Below, piece by piece: positions 11,099 to 24,300 of a DNA stretch of 64,000 nucleotides. The translations under genes and the position numbers were made by a program. Origin of the DNA: Phoronis australis (Eukaryota; Animalia; Phoronida); assembly GCA_002633005.1 (NCBI GenBank), contig NMRA01000079.1, forward strand, positions 448,102-512,101, in the 5' to 3' direction. Each line of letters opens with the position of its first letter. Within the stretch, counting starts at the first letter, position 1. The notes under the pieces were generated by a model. That model was not told where the DNA came from and ran no database searches. It saw only the letters and a list, made by a program, of their open reading frames with translations.

Positions 11099-14000
11099 AG
11101 CCTGTCACCTCCGATAGACTATTTAAAGATTGAGGAGGTTCACCTCGCCGTGTACAAATAAACTTGAACACTTCCCATAATTCCTGGCCTCAGCTATGAA
11201 CAAATGATGTTATTAATGACATATTGTTTATTTTTCTATGCAAACTTTTGTTGGTAATACTGCAAAGTTCTAGAAATTGTTACCTTCCTTACATAAGTGA
11301 TATTTATGAATGAGTGAGTGCGTGATTGCTAGTATGACAATTGTACGAAATTATGAAAAATATATTACAGTGACAATGTTAGTATTGTACTGAATCATAT
11401 TTTTTTTTTGAAAATGTCATAGTCATTCAAAAAAGCTGTTATTTTGTTTTTTAAACCTCAAGCATTCTCGGGGTATGAAAAGCAAGATATTGTCTTTGGT
11501 GAAAGTCGATAATTATTTTATTATGTTTGGTAAACACAACTCCCAACAACTCATCAAATCTGTTTGTTATTAGCGATAATTTGTAAGTGCCTAAATTTAG
11601 TTTGATTCATATCATTGTCCCAAATTTGAGACTATCCTAAGTTTTATGTTAACTTGTATTGGGGTTTCCAACTTTGATTCCAAAAGATACCCTGGATGGA
11701 TCTCGTTAGAAATCCCTGGTCCATGCTCATCCTTGTCTGTTCGTACCACACAATTCCTTAATTTAGGATAGACTGCTTGCTAAGACTTGTTTGATGGAAT
11801 GTCATGATGCTTAAGAGAAAGTTTATGTCGATTGAGCAAGAATTTTAGGTACCATTTGTTTCAAAATCGCTGCCTAAGGGTTTGGGAGCATAATTTCCCA
11901 GCGTCTGAAATCTAAGGGTTTCTGTTGCAAGTCTTGGATATGGTGAAATCTCACCAGTTTAAGACACACTATGGCGATAAGTGAAATTTTATTTTCTCTT
12001 TTTTCCAAGAAAGGTATTCTACACCAAATTATTGCTTATGTTACCATAGCTACCTACCATCAGGTAATGTTTTGGAAAATGTGGCCACTCTCGACAGTTT
12101 TAGAAGCCTTTGAAAACTGAAGAAATGTCAATTTTGGCAGTTATTTTTGTCCGAATTTAGTGAAATTTTATCCAAAATCTGGTTGGTATTCAACTGCGTT
12201 AGGCGTCGCCCTGCTTTAGTTGACTTCATCATTAGTTCTACAATTTTGTCAATTCTTTTTGTTAAAATATGAATTTTGAGTGTTTGGAATTGAGGAGTTC
12301 ATATGTTGTCAGAAAGTCATTTTCAGATATTTCTGCTTTTATGCCATTTTTGGTTCATTGTGGCTCAAAGGACAAATTTTACGTTTTTGGCCTCAACATA
12401 ATTTACTGTTTTGGCAATTGTAGGCTATTGTACTTATTAAAGAAGTAGTCCCTGTTGTTGCTGATTTATAGGTTGGGTTTTATGATGTTTTATCAAATAG
12501 TATCGTAAGTTGATTAAGATTTACCATATTCGTCCTGGTTTATGCCAGTGGGCCATGGCATTTAAATTTAGAGCTCAAAACAAACGGTATTGTTGCAAAG
12601 CCACACGAGGGCTTTTGAAGAACGTTTTGAAAGGTTGGGGACCACCATGTTCTCGCCTCATACAACTACAACTAATTCTGGCCAAACCCTTGGATTTGCA
12701 TTTGTATCGTCAATTTTACCTATTATAGTCAAGTAAGTTATTCTTACAATTTAAGCAGACATGCACTGATGGTTGTAAGTAAGCGATATGTGCTCGTTTT
12801 ATGAGCTGAAATGCTCCGTCTAGTTGAAAAGTCTTGAAGACATGTTAGCACGAAGTTACTGTATCCTTGTTCCTCACCTCTTTTGATTGGTTTTTAATTG
12901 AAACATGACAAGTGTTTACTAGTTTTCACAGCCTTGATGTTTTGCTGTCAAACTGGTCGAGATCTTTGCCGTTGGATTTGCAGTCTTTTGGGGGACACCA
13001 ATGAAATTTTTTTTGCAAGCATTCTTAGAGAATGTACCAAGTACTCACAGTTTTGGGGATTTTTGTAACTGGGTCAAAGTTCATGATTCGTTTCAATGCA
13101 TGTCACATACACAGACTTATAATTTCTTATTTGCCAATCTCGTGTTCAGCAACTTTAAAAGAAATCCCCACTGTTTAAATTTGGGGGACTGGGCATATAA
13201 TTGACGTTTGTGATATTTCTCAGATTTTGGTTGGCATTAACTGTGACAAATAAGGTTAGTAATTGTTAAATGTGTGACAGCAGATGCTTTTGTTGCATGT
13301 TTCATTGCCTACAGTTATTTAATGTACAAATTATTAGCAGATATTGATTGTGCTTTAAGATTAAGGAATAAGCTCTTGAATGGAGCATGAATTGCAAGTG
13401 TACAATTCATGCTAAGATTTTTTGTGATCAACTGAAAGTCACAAAGATGCAAGTATGAAGCAGCATTTTCTCTAAATTTAAAGACTTCTGACTGTGTTTC
13501 TGTTCACTGAGCAGGAAATGAGGAACATGTATTTATGCAATAGAAATTGACACAACTGAAGAGTTAAATTTAATTTTATTTTCAGTTTAATTGAACTCAT
13601 TTGACAAATTATACAGTAACACTTCCAACCGACTTATAAACAATGTTAATACAGCAGGAAAATTCTACTGTTTTCCCATACGTACACACGCACACACAGA
13701 GGCAAATTATTAATTTGCATTTATTTATTAAATACTAACATATTTTAATATTGCACAATGAGACTAACTGGACAGTCATGTTTTATGAGAAGTTTGAAAT
13801 TGTCAAACTATTCAAGGATAAAGAGGAGCCAGTGAAATGACAGTTTTCCTAATTTGCAGAAACAAACTACAAACTGGGCAGAGGTTTTGAACAAAAAAGA
13901 TCACATCTTATTTTTTATGAACTGCTCCGTTTGTTTTAGCCTTGCATCCCTACCTGGGTTTATGTGCAGTAGTCTTCGAAAAAAAGATTTTTGCAAAAAT

Positions 14001-17000
14001 ACTACGGTAAATAATACAAAGAGTAACACTACATCATTTAAAAAATTATCCAAAAACTGCTTCAAAATTTTAAGACTTGATGAAAAGTAATATTGTCATT
14101 TTTTGACACCTACTAGACTTTAGACAGTGTACGTTATTCAAAACGCTTTCATCTTACTCATCACCCAATCAATGCTAAGTTCAGCGGTTATGATAACATC
14201 TCGCCAACTTATACCACAACATGGCAGACAAGTGGAATTTGATTTGCTCATTTTTTCATAAAAGATGTATCACCAAAATAATGACCTGCCACGCTCAACA
14301 TCTGCGCCAAGTGGCAATATTTTGCAGCCAATCACAATGTTAGAAGACTCAAAATTTTTCGTCCAAAATTGGTGAGATTTTACCATAAGCTAGATGGCGT
14401 TCAGATAGTCGTGTGGGACTTGTATCCCACAAACATCCAAGGCTTGGTGAACTACTGCCTGTTCAATTCTCCGTCCATTATCAAAGATGAATGTTTCTTC
14501 TTCACTACCAGCTGGTGAATAGTCATTTAGTGAACATTACGTACAATTCAAACGTGATCCCAGATGATAAGATTTACGTTAAAATAAAATATCAATGCCC
14601 AGCATCAACCATAACATGGTGTAAATTCAACTAAGTGCTTTTTTCTATTTTTGAAAGAACAGCTACATTGGTATGAAAACTCAAAATTTTGCTAAAGTGT
14701 TTGTTGACTGCAGTAATGCAAACTGTCTTAACAAGAAAGTGAATTTTTCATCACGTTATTTTTGTTGGGAAATTTTAAAAAATGAAATTCCTCGCGTCTA
14801 GCATTTTGTGTCCCACACTGAAGCAATTTTACAGTCGAATATGTCAATATTTGGTTCAAAATCATCAACTTCAAACTTAGAATCAATCAAGCTTGAAACA
14901 ACAAATCCAGTTTCAAAATCAACGAACTTCCAGCCACCCAATGAGTATCATAAACAATTCAGAATGTTGGCCATTAAAATAACATTTCTGTAACTTTGTA
15001 AAAAAAATGCAGCACTGTTAAACAACATATAATACATACTTTCTGCACCATAAAGCTTAAGACCCTTACTAGCACGAAATAACGAAAAGGATGCTTTCAA
15101 AGGTTCATCTATTTCACCAACTGTTAAAAACCCAAAGTGTTATTTTACTCGTACCTAGTTGTGACTTTTACGATCTCACTAGACCTCCACCCTAGACCTT
15201 ATTGAGCACAATCCCAGCAGGGCTTGGAATGACCAATGACAAAAACAGAGGAAATTTTTCCAGGTGATGTATTGTTTCACTAATAAATGGGCTTGTGTGA
15301 TAGAAACATTTTTGAGTTGTAAAACTAAGTGGAATAAACGTTTTTGCATGAATGAAGTCAAATTAATGATAAAAGGAGACTAAAAGAGGTAAACTGGATA
15401 TAAAATAAGAGAAAATCAAAACAAAAAAGAGGAAATCTTCATAAAGTGAAAAAATTCCAAGCCCTGTACCAGGTTTCCGAGAAACATTTTGGCTGGAAAA
15501 TAAATCAGAGTAACAAAAACAAACTAGAAAAATTGCAAAACAAAACTTTGCTTAAAGCCACCCTCCAGTGAATTGTAAGAGGCCAGTCCAAGTAGAGCTA
15601 ATTGAGGTCAAGCCGAGGTTCCAAACTTCAACGTGAAAAAGTCTAATTTGCAGCAGTAAAGCTTCCAATTAAAAACAATCAGTCAACTCCATGGATTTAT
15701 CATGGGTAATACGAAATGTCAACTCGTGGTGTTTAAAAAACAAATATAACAATGCGGGGTTACACGCCAAAACATGAGTCGAAACAATGGTTAGCAAGTA
15801 TGCCACTGCATGAGGCTCAATACAAAAGAAACTATGATACAAAAGTCAGATATTTCACGCTAAAATGAAATCGTCATCAGTGCATACGATACACTGACCT
15901 ATTGGTATGGTTGAAAAGAGAACTGCGTCACCTTTAGTTCAAGGAAATCTAATTTGTTATGAACCACATGGACAACTCAAGTCCTGAGCAAAACAGCTGA
16001 CCTTTGTACGTACTGTGACGTTTCATAAAATTCGAACAAAAATAATTTAGTCAAAATTGTCATTTTCATTTTTTTAAAAGTTTACCACATACCGTAGTAA
16101 AAGTGCTCAAAATTTCATCACGAGTTTGCTGTTGACAGAAGTACCATGAAAACTGAGCAAAGAATGACTTCTTTTTTATTTTTGCTGAGAAATTTGATAA
16201 AAATATATTTCACTGTTTCATCAAAATGAGCTGTAAATTAAAAAAATTACTGGGATTGTAACGATTGTCAAAAGTACCCTCTATTCAGACATTTTCTCCA
16301 GGTCACAATATGCTATTTATAGTTTGAGAGGCACGTTGTGAGGAGAAAATCACAGAAAAATCATTGTAAATGTGGAGCGGTAACGCATGTCTTTTTCGAG
16401 GGTTTTCTGTAAAAGTTTCCATAGAATTTTTAATCAAGAGATCATGAGACCTCTACAATATTTGCACTCGTGCTATTAATTTTCAAGAATCTGGGCAATA
16501 TCAGTCAAAAGAATCATATGAAAGAGGTCTTTTATGTACAAACTGTTATTATATTGGAGAGTTCACGCATCCAGTCGGCCGGAGAAAACATCGATGAAGG
16601 CATTTACAACAAAATAAAACGTTTTTAACTTAATTTGTAAAACACAAGATTAGCAGGCAAGAAGAATATAAATTATCAAGTTTCTCAATAAAAATAAACT
16701 TTAAGAAAACCCACTTCATTCTAGACAAGGTTCAGAGGACACAGCTCAACCCCTTCTAGAATTCCGATTACTTACAGCAATGCAGTCAACTTTGTAAAAT
16801 ATATAATTGGTAAAATATATACTTCCATCAATTATTAAATAATGTCAATTATTTTTGCACAAAGTAATCAGTCAATTACCAAACAACTACAAATAAACCG
16901 TTTGAGGGATAAGAAGGTAGTATTTTTGTTCCACTTTCCTTGACACTGTCATGCTGACCTGGGTAGAGTTCAATAATGCTTTGACCATGCTAGAAAAGCA

Positions 17001-18002
17001 AGAATTCACTAAGCAAGAATTCACGAAATATTGCCATGTATCTTCAATGAAAGCATGTGATTGGCTAGATTATTCTCACCGCGAGACAAGTATTGAACTC
17101 TAACCTGATACTTACTAGTGGGAATGCGTCTGAGATTAGTAAGACCTCATGCTGTCTTCCCAGGTGCATAGGTATAGACCTTAAGAGATTTTGCGACAAG
17201 GTGGATATTTTGTAAAACCTTTCATCTAAATTTGGAAATACACAAGTGGTTAGTCAAAATCTTAAGATTTTTTGTGTACACTTAGATTGTCTACCAATGT
17301 ACCAACAACTAAATAATATCATTGTGAAAATATTTTGTAGGTATAAATGAAATGACCATCAGCATACTGTATAGGCAGTCACGCGAGTCTTTTTGCGGCA
17401 TTTGTTCCAAAATATCCAGAATTTCTTTGACGAAATTTTTATTCCTGTGAATAAAGTTATAAATTATGCCTTTTCCGCAGCTGCCATTTTGGAAAAAAGA
17501 CTCGCATGAATGAGCCTGATGAAACATGTTAGAAAGACCGTAAAATTGAAATGTTACAAAATGCTCAATGGCCTAATTTATTCAAAACACAAACTCAAGA
17601 CTTCTCAAATGAGAGACTAGTCAGAGCAAATGGACGGAACAGAAACAAAAAACCTAAAATATTACAATTATCAAACAAAGTATTTAAACAACAGGTAAAA
17701 GAACAACTTAAAGTCTTAACAATAAATGACAAAATTTTAAAAAAACGTCTAAAATGAAAGTATGCATTTGGAATTCCCTAAGACATTAATGAATCAAAGC
17801 ACACTTTCCTAAACACATAAGGATGATGTAAAAAGCCTTTACATCAAGCTTGGCGTTAAATCCGTACAAGTGCCACAAACCAATCAAAATGGCTGCATCT
17901 CAACAGAATATATTTGAACGTCTTTGGTGAAAACAAAACGAATGACTTCATCACATCGCAGACACTTGATGTTGATGACATACATATCCCAGAATGCCTC
18001 TC

Positions 18003-18349
18003 TCAGCTAAGCACCACCTGTTGGCTTTCACGCAACTCAAGTTGCTGCAATCTCAGATTATTCACAGTCCCGCGTATCCGCTGCGATTTTGTTGTCCTTA
18101 ATCCCGTGACCGGGTCGAGGGGTGTCGTTGTCGATGACAACGGCCCCAACGTCCTATTGTTACTATTGAACCCTGTGTCATCCATTAAGCTGACCTCCGG
18201 CCGTGCTACGACAGGGGCCGGGGCGGACACAACGGACAACCCTGGAGGGTTAACTATGTTAGATCTTCTGTGGGTAAGAGGATTGTGGGAAGACGGAGCG
18301 TCCAGCACATTTATCTGCGACCTGACCTGAGGCACTGTACTTCTTGAGA
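18003..18349 (-). CDS. TTLL6/13 terminal coding exon
   Basis: ttcag acceptor, phase 1; VSRSTVPQ...[25 protein letters not shown]. Confidence 0.75.
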
Positions 18350-21300
18350 CTGAAAGAATCAACGGTAAATTAATTTTCATGAACACATCGCAATTCGTCA
18401 ATTTTCGCATTGCTTATCCAGTGAAATTAACACCCCGCAAAGGATACCGAGGTTCAGAAAAAGAACTTGGTATCTTCAAAAGCTTGGAGCCATCTGACAG
18501 GGACAAAATGAACATAAATATTATAAAACTACAGGTAGTCGCAAAAATGTACTGGGTCGCACACTTCACATGGCAATACCTGCACTGCGACCAAATAAAA
18601 ATGAAATCTTTAAACCAAAATCAATGCATTGTTTATTAATAACTTGAGTTTTGGCACTACATAGAGGTTTTTAAATTTCCAGTAGTAATGCGTGACAAAA
18701 CTGAGCTGTTTGCCTGCCATTGCCACGCAAACAGAGCAAATGGTGCGTTACTTGTCTACTTTCATAACAAGGCGGAGCCATACCGTGAGCCTATGGGACA
18801 CAGGAGTTGAAATTGAATTCTCAGTGGTGCACATTTTTGACAGCCTGTGTAATCAACATTTAGAGTGTTACTAAATTCAGACTGAGCAAGCAGTTGAAAT
18901 GAAAGAAGTCACAATTTAAGATAAATTAGCTAATTAAAACCAGGATTAGAAATTCACAAGATAAACCAAAATTATAATCTTTTCACCACTAAAATGTGTT
19001 AAAATATGGTTAGTATCCATTCGTCTCAACCACAGAATAACTTTAGTTGATAAACTGGCGGAAGAATGTGAAAGACATGTGAAGAGCAGAGTAACATGAT
19101 CTCACCAATGTATAGCTAAAGTAGTGAGTTCACCCCTAAGAAAGCCTACAAAATGTCAAATAGAGCTAGACTTAGTTACTTTACTTTGAAGTGTGTCAGC
19201 CCACTTAGTGCAAATTAAACCAAACGTAATATCCCAAAATAACAAATATGAAGGCGAAATTGTGAGGTACACAAACAAGAGGATTTTGATGTGAACTACC
19301 AAATGAGTAGTACTGACAGAAACAAATATTTCAAAACACCATTTTTTTCACAAAAACAGTCTGCTTCAAATGAAAGGCTAAATAGCCGTTAGAATGAGAC
19401 AACAAGATCTGATTCATGAAATGAGTCCACAAGATCTGATTCATGAAATGAGTCCACAAGATCTGATTCATGAAATGAGTCCACAAGATCTGATTCATTA
19501 CAGTGACAGAAATTTGGCCTTACCCTCCCACTTCACAGTGGCTGAAAAAAACATTTGTCCAAGTAACTATGAGCCCATCATACCCTAGAAATAATTCTCT
19601 GAAAATATCTCGAAAACTTGCAGTTATGTGTATTTGCAATTTTGCTCAAGTAAGATTTATTATTTTCCACAAACAGTTGACTTAAGTCTTAAGTCATTTT
19701 TCATGAAACAGATTCTTGGGCTGCATTCCGTAGAGCATGATACTTTTCAGAAAAGTGAAAACACGTAAATCTTACGAAAATATCGCCATGCTGAGTATGT
19801 GATAACACTTAGCTTTTGTCACGAGTGTCTCGCCTCTGCGGAACACGCCCGTGATCTACACATCTCGAAGAAGACAATAGATGTTTCAACAGTCTCCCAA
19901 TCAAATGTGACGAATCCCACACGACGTGCAAAACAGGCAGTGATTAGTCAACATAATTATTCAAATGAATTATTGCATTTACACACACACCAATGATAAA
20001 ATACACACAGTGTCCATACAGTGACTCCAATGCAGCATAATGCGGATTGTTCCACATAAGCTGAGGTCAGTTAAGACACGGGTGATGTGAGTGATTCCAA
20101 AGCTATATTCGCTGTGTGCAGAAGGTGACATTACTGGGCTCACAGTGATTTGGGTGCCAAGGACATGATCAAATTAAAATAAAACGTAAAGTAACAGAAA
20201 ACAACGTCGACGTCATCCCCGTGCTCCACTTACTAGAGGCATCCATTGATAGAGACCAATACGAGACGTAACTGAAAGTTGACGGTGAAAAAAATATGTG
20301 AAGACATCGTGGATTAACTTCCTAAACTGCCTTGAGGTGGCGACAGTGTATCATCATTTCTGAAATCTACTGGTCTACTTGAGTGCAGCACACACCCTAC
20401 TCATTCTTTTGAAAACACTGCAACACTGAAGATGGCTGGCAGGTGCTTGTCTGAAATGTCGTGCCAATAGTCTTGAGGTTGGTGTAAATAGACCGACAGA
20501 TTTAAGAAATGACGATACGTCTCGGACTAACTGTGTTTAGTGCTTTTTCTCATTGACGTATTTGTCGTTTAATGGGCAGGGGAAAAATGCGACTCGGGAC
20601 AAATGATACGTCGACAACAGAAGAGGTGTAATAGTTAAATTCACATGTCTCAGTTGTCTAACAAAAAGAGGCCAGAAAGTGTGGGGAAAACACAACGTTC
20701 CTTCCCAAAACTGAGGATTTGTCAATACATTCTGAATATTCCCTAAACAAAAACTTAACAATTAAGGAAAGGTAATTTTTAGTCACAAATCATCAGTATC
20801 CGTTCCAATCCTCCCAAATTGTAAATAATTTTAATTCTTAAAAGAACGAAGAAGTTTTACAAATCTGAAAATAAAACGAGGCTATACAGCAGGAATATAG
20901 CTTTGAGAATTTTGTTATTTCACAAACTGCAACAACAACAACAACGAAGACAACAGCAACAACGACATGAAGACTGAGTCTCCTCAAAATCCTTACCTAA
21001 CTCAGGCTTTTGAGTTTTCAACCCGCTGAACGTTCGTTTCTGGTTGGCACTCGGTGTCGAGGCATCGCTGCGCCAGTCCTGCCCCCTGGTGTCCGTTGCC
21101 ATAAACTGTGAGTATTGTTTGTACTGCTCCATATCAGCTGCAATAACTGATGACCGATTGAGTGTATTGGATTTGACTTTATACCGCGAATGTGACTGGA
21201 ACTGAAATGAAACAACAAAACCCTAAAGTAATCTGTGACATAACAAAATAAGCAAGAAAAAATCTTGCCATGTTCTGAATGGCCAAATACAAATTCAAAG

Positions 21301-24300
21301 TACATTTAGTGCAGACGACCCAGAACACATAGCTAATATGAGTTTTACATTGCCAGCATTTTTTGTTTAGATTTTGCACCCGTGAAAGAAGACGTCAGGA
21401 CATGAAGTAAGGTAGTTCTACATGACTGCTTGGTCTTCCAAAAATTGACACATGTATTTATGATTCAACAACTACATATTTTGCGCACTGATGCTATGTA
21501 AGATTGTACACTGATAGACTAAGGCATGAATCAAAGATTACTTTGTTTTCGCTCGGGTGAAGGATTGTAAAATACACAAAATCTCATCAATTTTGGACAA
21601 AGACGATTGCCAAAGCTGTCCTATTTCACTTTTCAAAGTCTTTTAACATTGTTGTGAATGGCCACATTTTTACACAATGTTGTCTGTTGATAGCTATAGT
21701 ACAGAACTTGAACAATGTTGTCTGTTGATAGCTATAGTACAGAGCTTGAACAATGTTGTCTGTTGATAGCTATAGTACAGAACTTGCACAATGTTGTCTG
21801 TTGATAGCTATGCTACAGAACTTGACACGAGAAAGTTGAAAACAAAAGCTGTGAGGTAATTCATGATCCAACTAGCCACCGTTTTGGTTTACTGAGTGAC
21901 ATAAAACTAACATTAGGAAGCAATGTCACTAAATCTTGAATTGCGACTCAGTTTTCATTTTCAACTTTCTCCAAAAACTAATTGTTATTATTTAAGAACT
22001 TGACACATGTCACAGCACAATTTTGGTGCCACATACTTTGTATGAAATAAACGAGTAAATAAAAAATAACTTTTTCCACCTGACCCCCATATTATGCCCT
22101 AAATTGATGAGATTTTACCGTGTGTGCATGACTGCAGCCGTTTTATTTGTAATCTTCTGACTGATAAAAGAACAAATTTTTCCATTGCAAAAACAAAATA
22201 TATTTGCTATGGACTATAAAATATATGTGCCACAGACTGTAAAATGTGTGCAGTATTCAAAGCATTGTACTAACTTAAAGTAATCTGACGGAATAATGCT
22301 TTTTCAGATGCAAATATGAAATATCTTTTCAATAAAAATGAGCGCACTCAGACAATAAAAAGCGAACGCAATAAAACGTTTTAACGACCAACCTACACAG
22401 AGGAGTGAGGTGGGGAGAGAAAATATATAAGGTTTTAAGTACATCTCAAACAAGACGGCACAGACAGGGACTCCGCCCCCCTGTTCGAAAGACAAATGTC
22501 ATTTACAGGGGTCCCAGATTTTGAGAACCAGTTTTATGCCCATTATTCCGTGGAGAAAATTTGTTCTTAAAGTGTGGGACCCCCTGTAGGTGTCTATTGC
22601 CCAATTGCCTTCATGCAGTGTTATAATGAAGGAAACACACTGACCATAACATGACAATATTTTAACGAAATCTGGGGGCGTTCAATGAGCTTGACAACTG
22701 TTTGTTTAGATAATGTGAAACTCCACAAGATATATTACAGGGACAATGCATGATAACACAAGCTTTCAGTCCCAGTGACTAGCCTTATCAAACCCATCGA
22801 AATACTGCAAACTATGATTAGCGAATATCAGTTGGACTCACAGGTATTCTGTATCTGGCGTCTGGCACGTTTTTATTGGCCCGCTGCCAGTAGCTGCTTT
22901 GTGATTGGCCGGATGTGCTGCCTCGGCTCATAGCATACTGACCCCCGACGATGCCGTATTGGTTGAATGGGAATCCAGCAGCGGACATCATGTGGGCCTC
23001 GCCATATTGAGTTGGGCGATACTGCACGTCCTCGTGCTGCGACAGAGAGTCACAATTAATTAAAAATCGCATCTTCTATAGAAAGTTAACAAAACCCAAT
23101 CTCGACAAAATGTACCCATTTATCCATGACAGTACCATCATTATCTCCCCGTTACCAACCATCAGGACAGTGAGTAACTAAATTAACTTTAACTTAAGGA
23201 TGCCCTAGAACACAGCTGCCCATAACCTGTCACCACCAAAATATAACTCTTAATAGATACAGCCTGCTCTAACAAAGGACTGCCTACAAATAGATAGATG
23301 CCTTCAGGTTCATCGTTAGGATATTCACAGATCACAACATTCAAGGGAGGTAGCACAAGAGACTGCCTACGAATAGATAGATAGATGCGCACAGGTTTAT
23401 TGCTAGGTTATTCACGCCTCACAACATTCAAGGGGGGTAGCATTGGTTTTGTCATAACAAACACAGACATAAGATGCAGATATTATCCATAGGTGATTTG
23501 GTGCTACTAAATAATAGTACTTACATATTTACTGGGTTCCTTTCCAATACCCATTGTACCTGGAGTGCAGTGCAGTAGTCTGCAAATACAACACAAACAT
23601 TAGAAAACATCTCAACAGCAACTGTTTATACAGCAGATGCCAAAAGTAGTCAGGGAAAGTGATCCGGATTTCCGAGTCATGAAGACTGACGGCAAGAGAG
23701 ATTTCCCAAAATGGCAGCTGAGCGTAAGCAGATGAGTCACATGATGATGATCCATAACGTAATTTTTGTGCAACTATTTATGGCATGTGCTGTAACAAAT
23801 TGAAACTATTGTATCAATCACAAAAGATATCTCTACACAGTGTCACATGACCTTACACAAGCAAGCGTGCTTTCCAAGCCTTGACCAACTTGTCCCAAGG
23901 CAATAGCGCATTATCAACCATCAGTTATTATATTGAATCACTACGTGACCTCACCTGTAGACATGCTCCACAATACCCAAGCCTCGCACTAGGTTGTCCC
24001 TCTGCAATAGAGCACTGATTCGTTCCAACTCTTCTTCCTCAATAATGTCCATCGGCTTACTTGTGTCCAATACTCCATCTATTGAGAACTGCAAATACCA
24101 GATTCAGATGTAAGATAAGTCAATAAGAAAGTCACAAGTCATTAACTTTTATTTTTGCTTCATCAAACGCTACGATACCAGCACCAATTATTAACAAGCG
24201 ACATCAACACTCGTTGGGCTATTTGGAAACACAACATTGTCAACAAACCGTACTCCATTTACTAGCATCTACGTTAGAGTTTCCCACAACTCACCACTTC

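Noticed and set aside
19394-19588. ORF with repeated MSPQDLIHE
   Set aside because: Translation of a 27-bp minisatellite inside a TTLL intron; no gene context
20205-20272. Possible TTLL cassette or alternative last exon
   Set aside because: Splicing at its GTAAGT would frameshift the last exon; no further support
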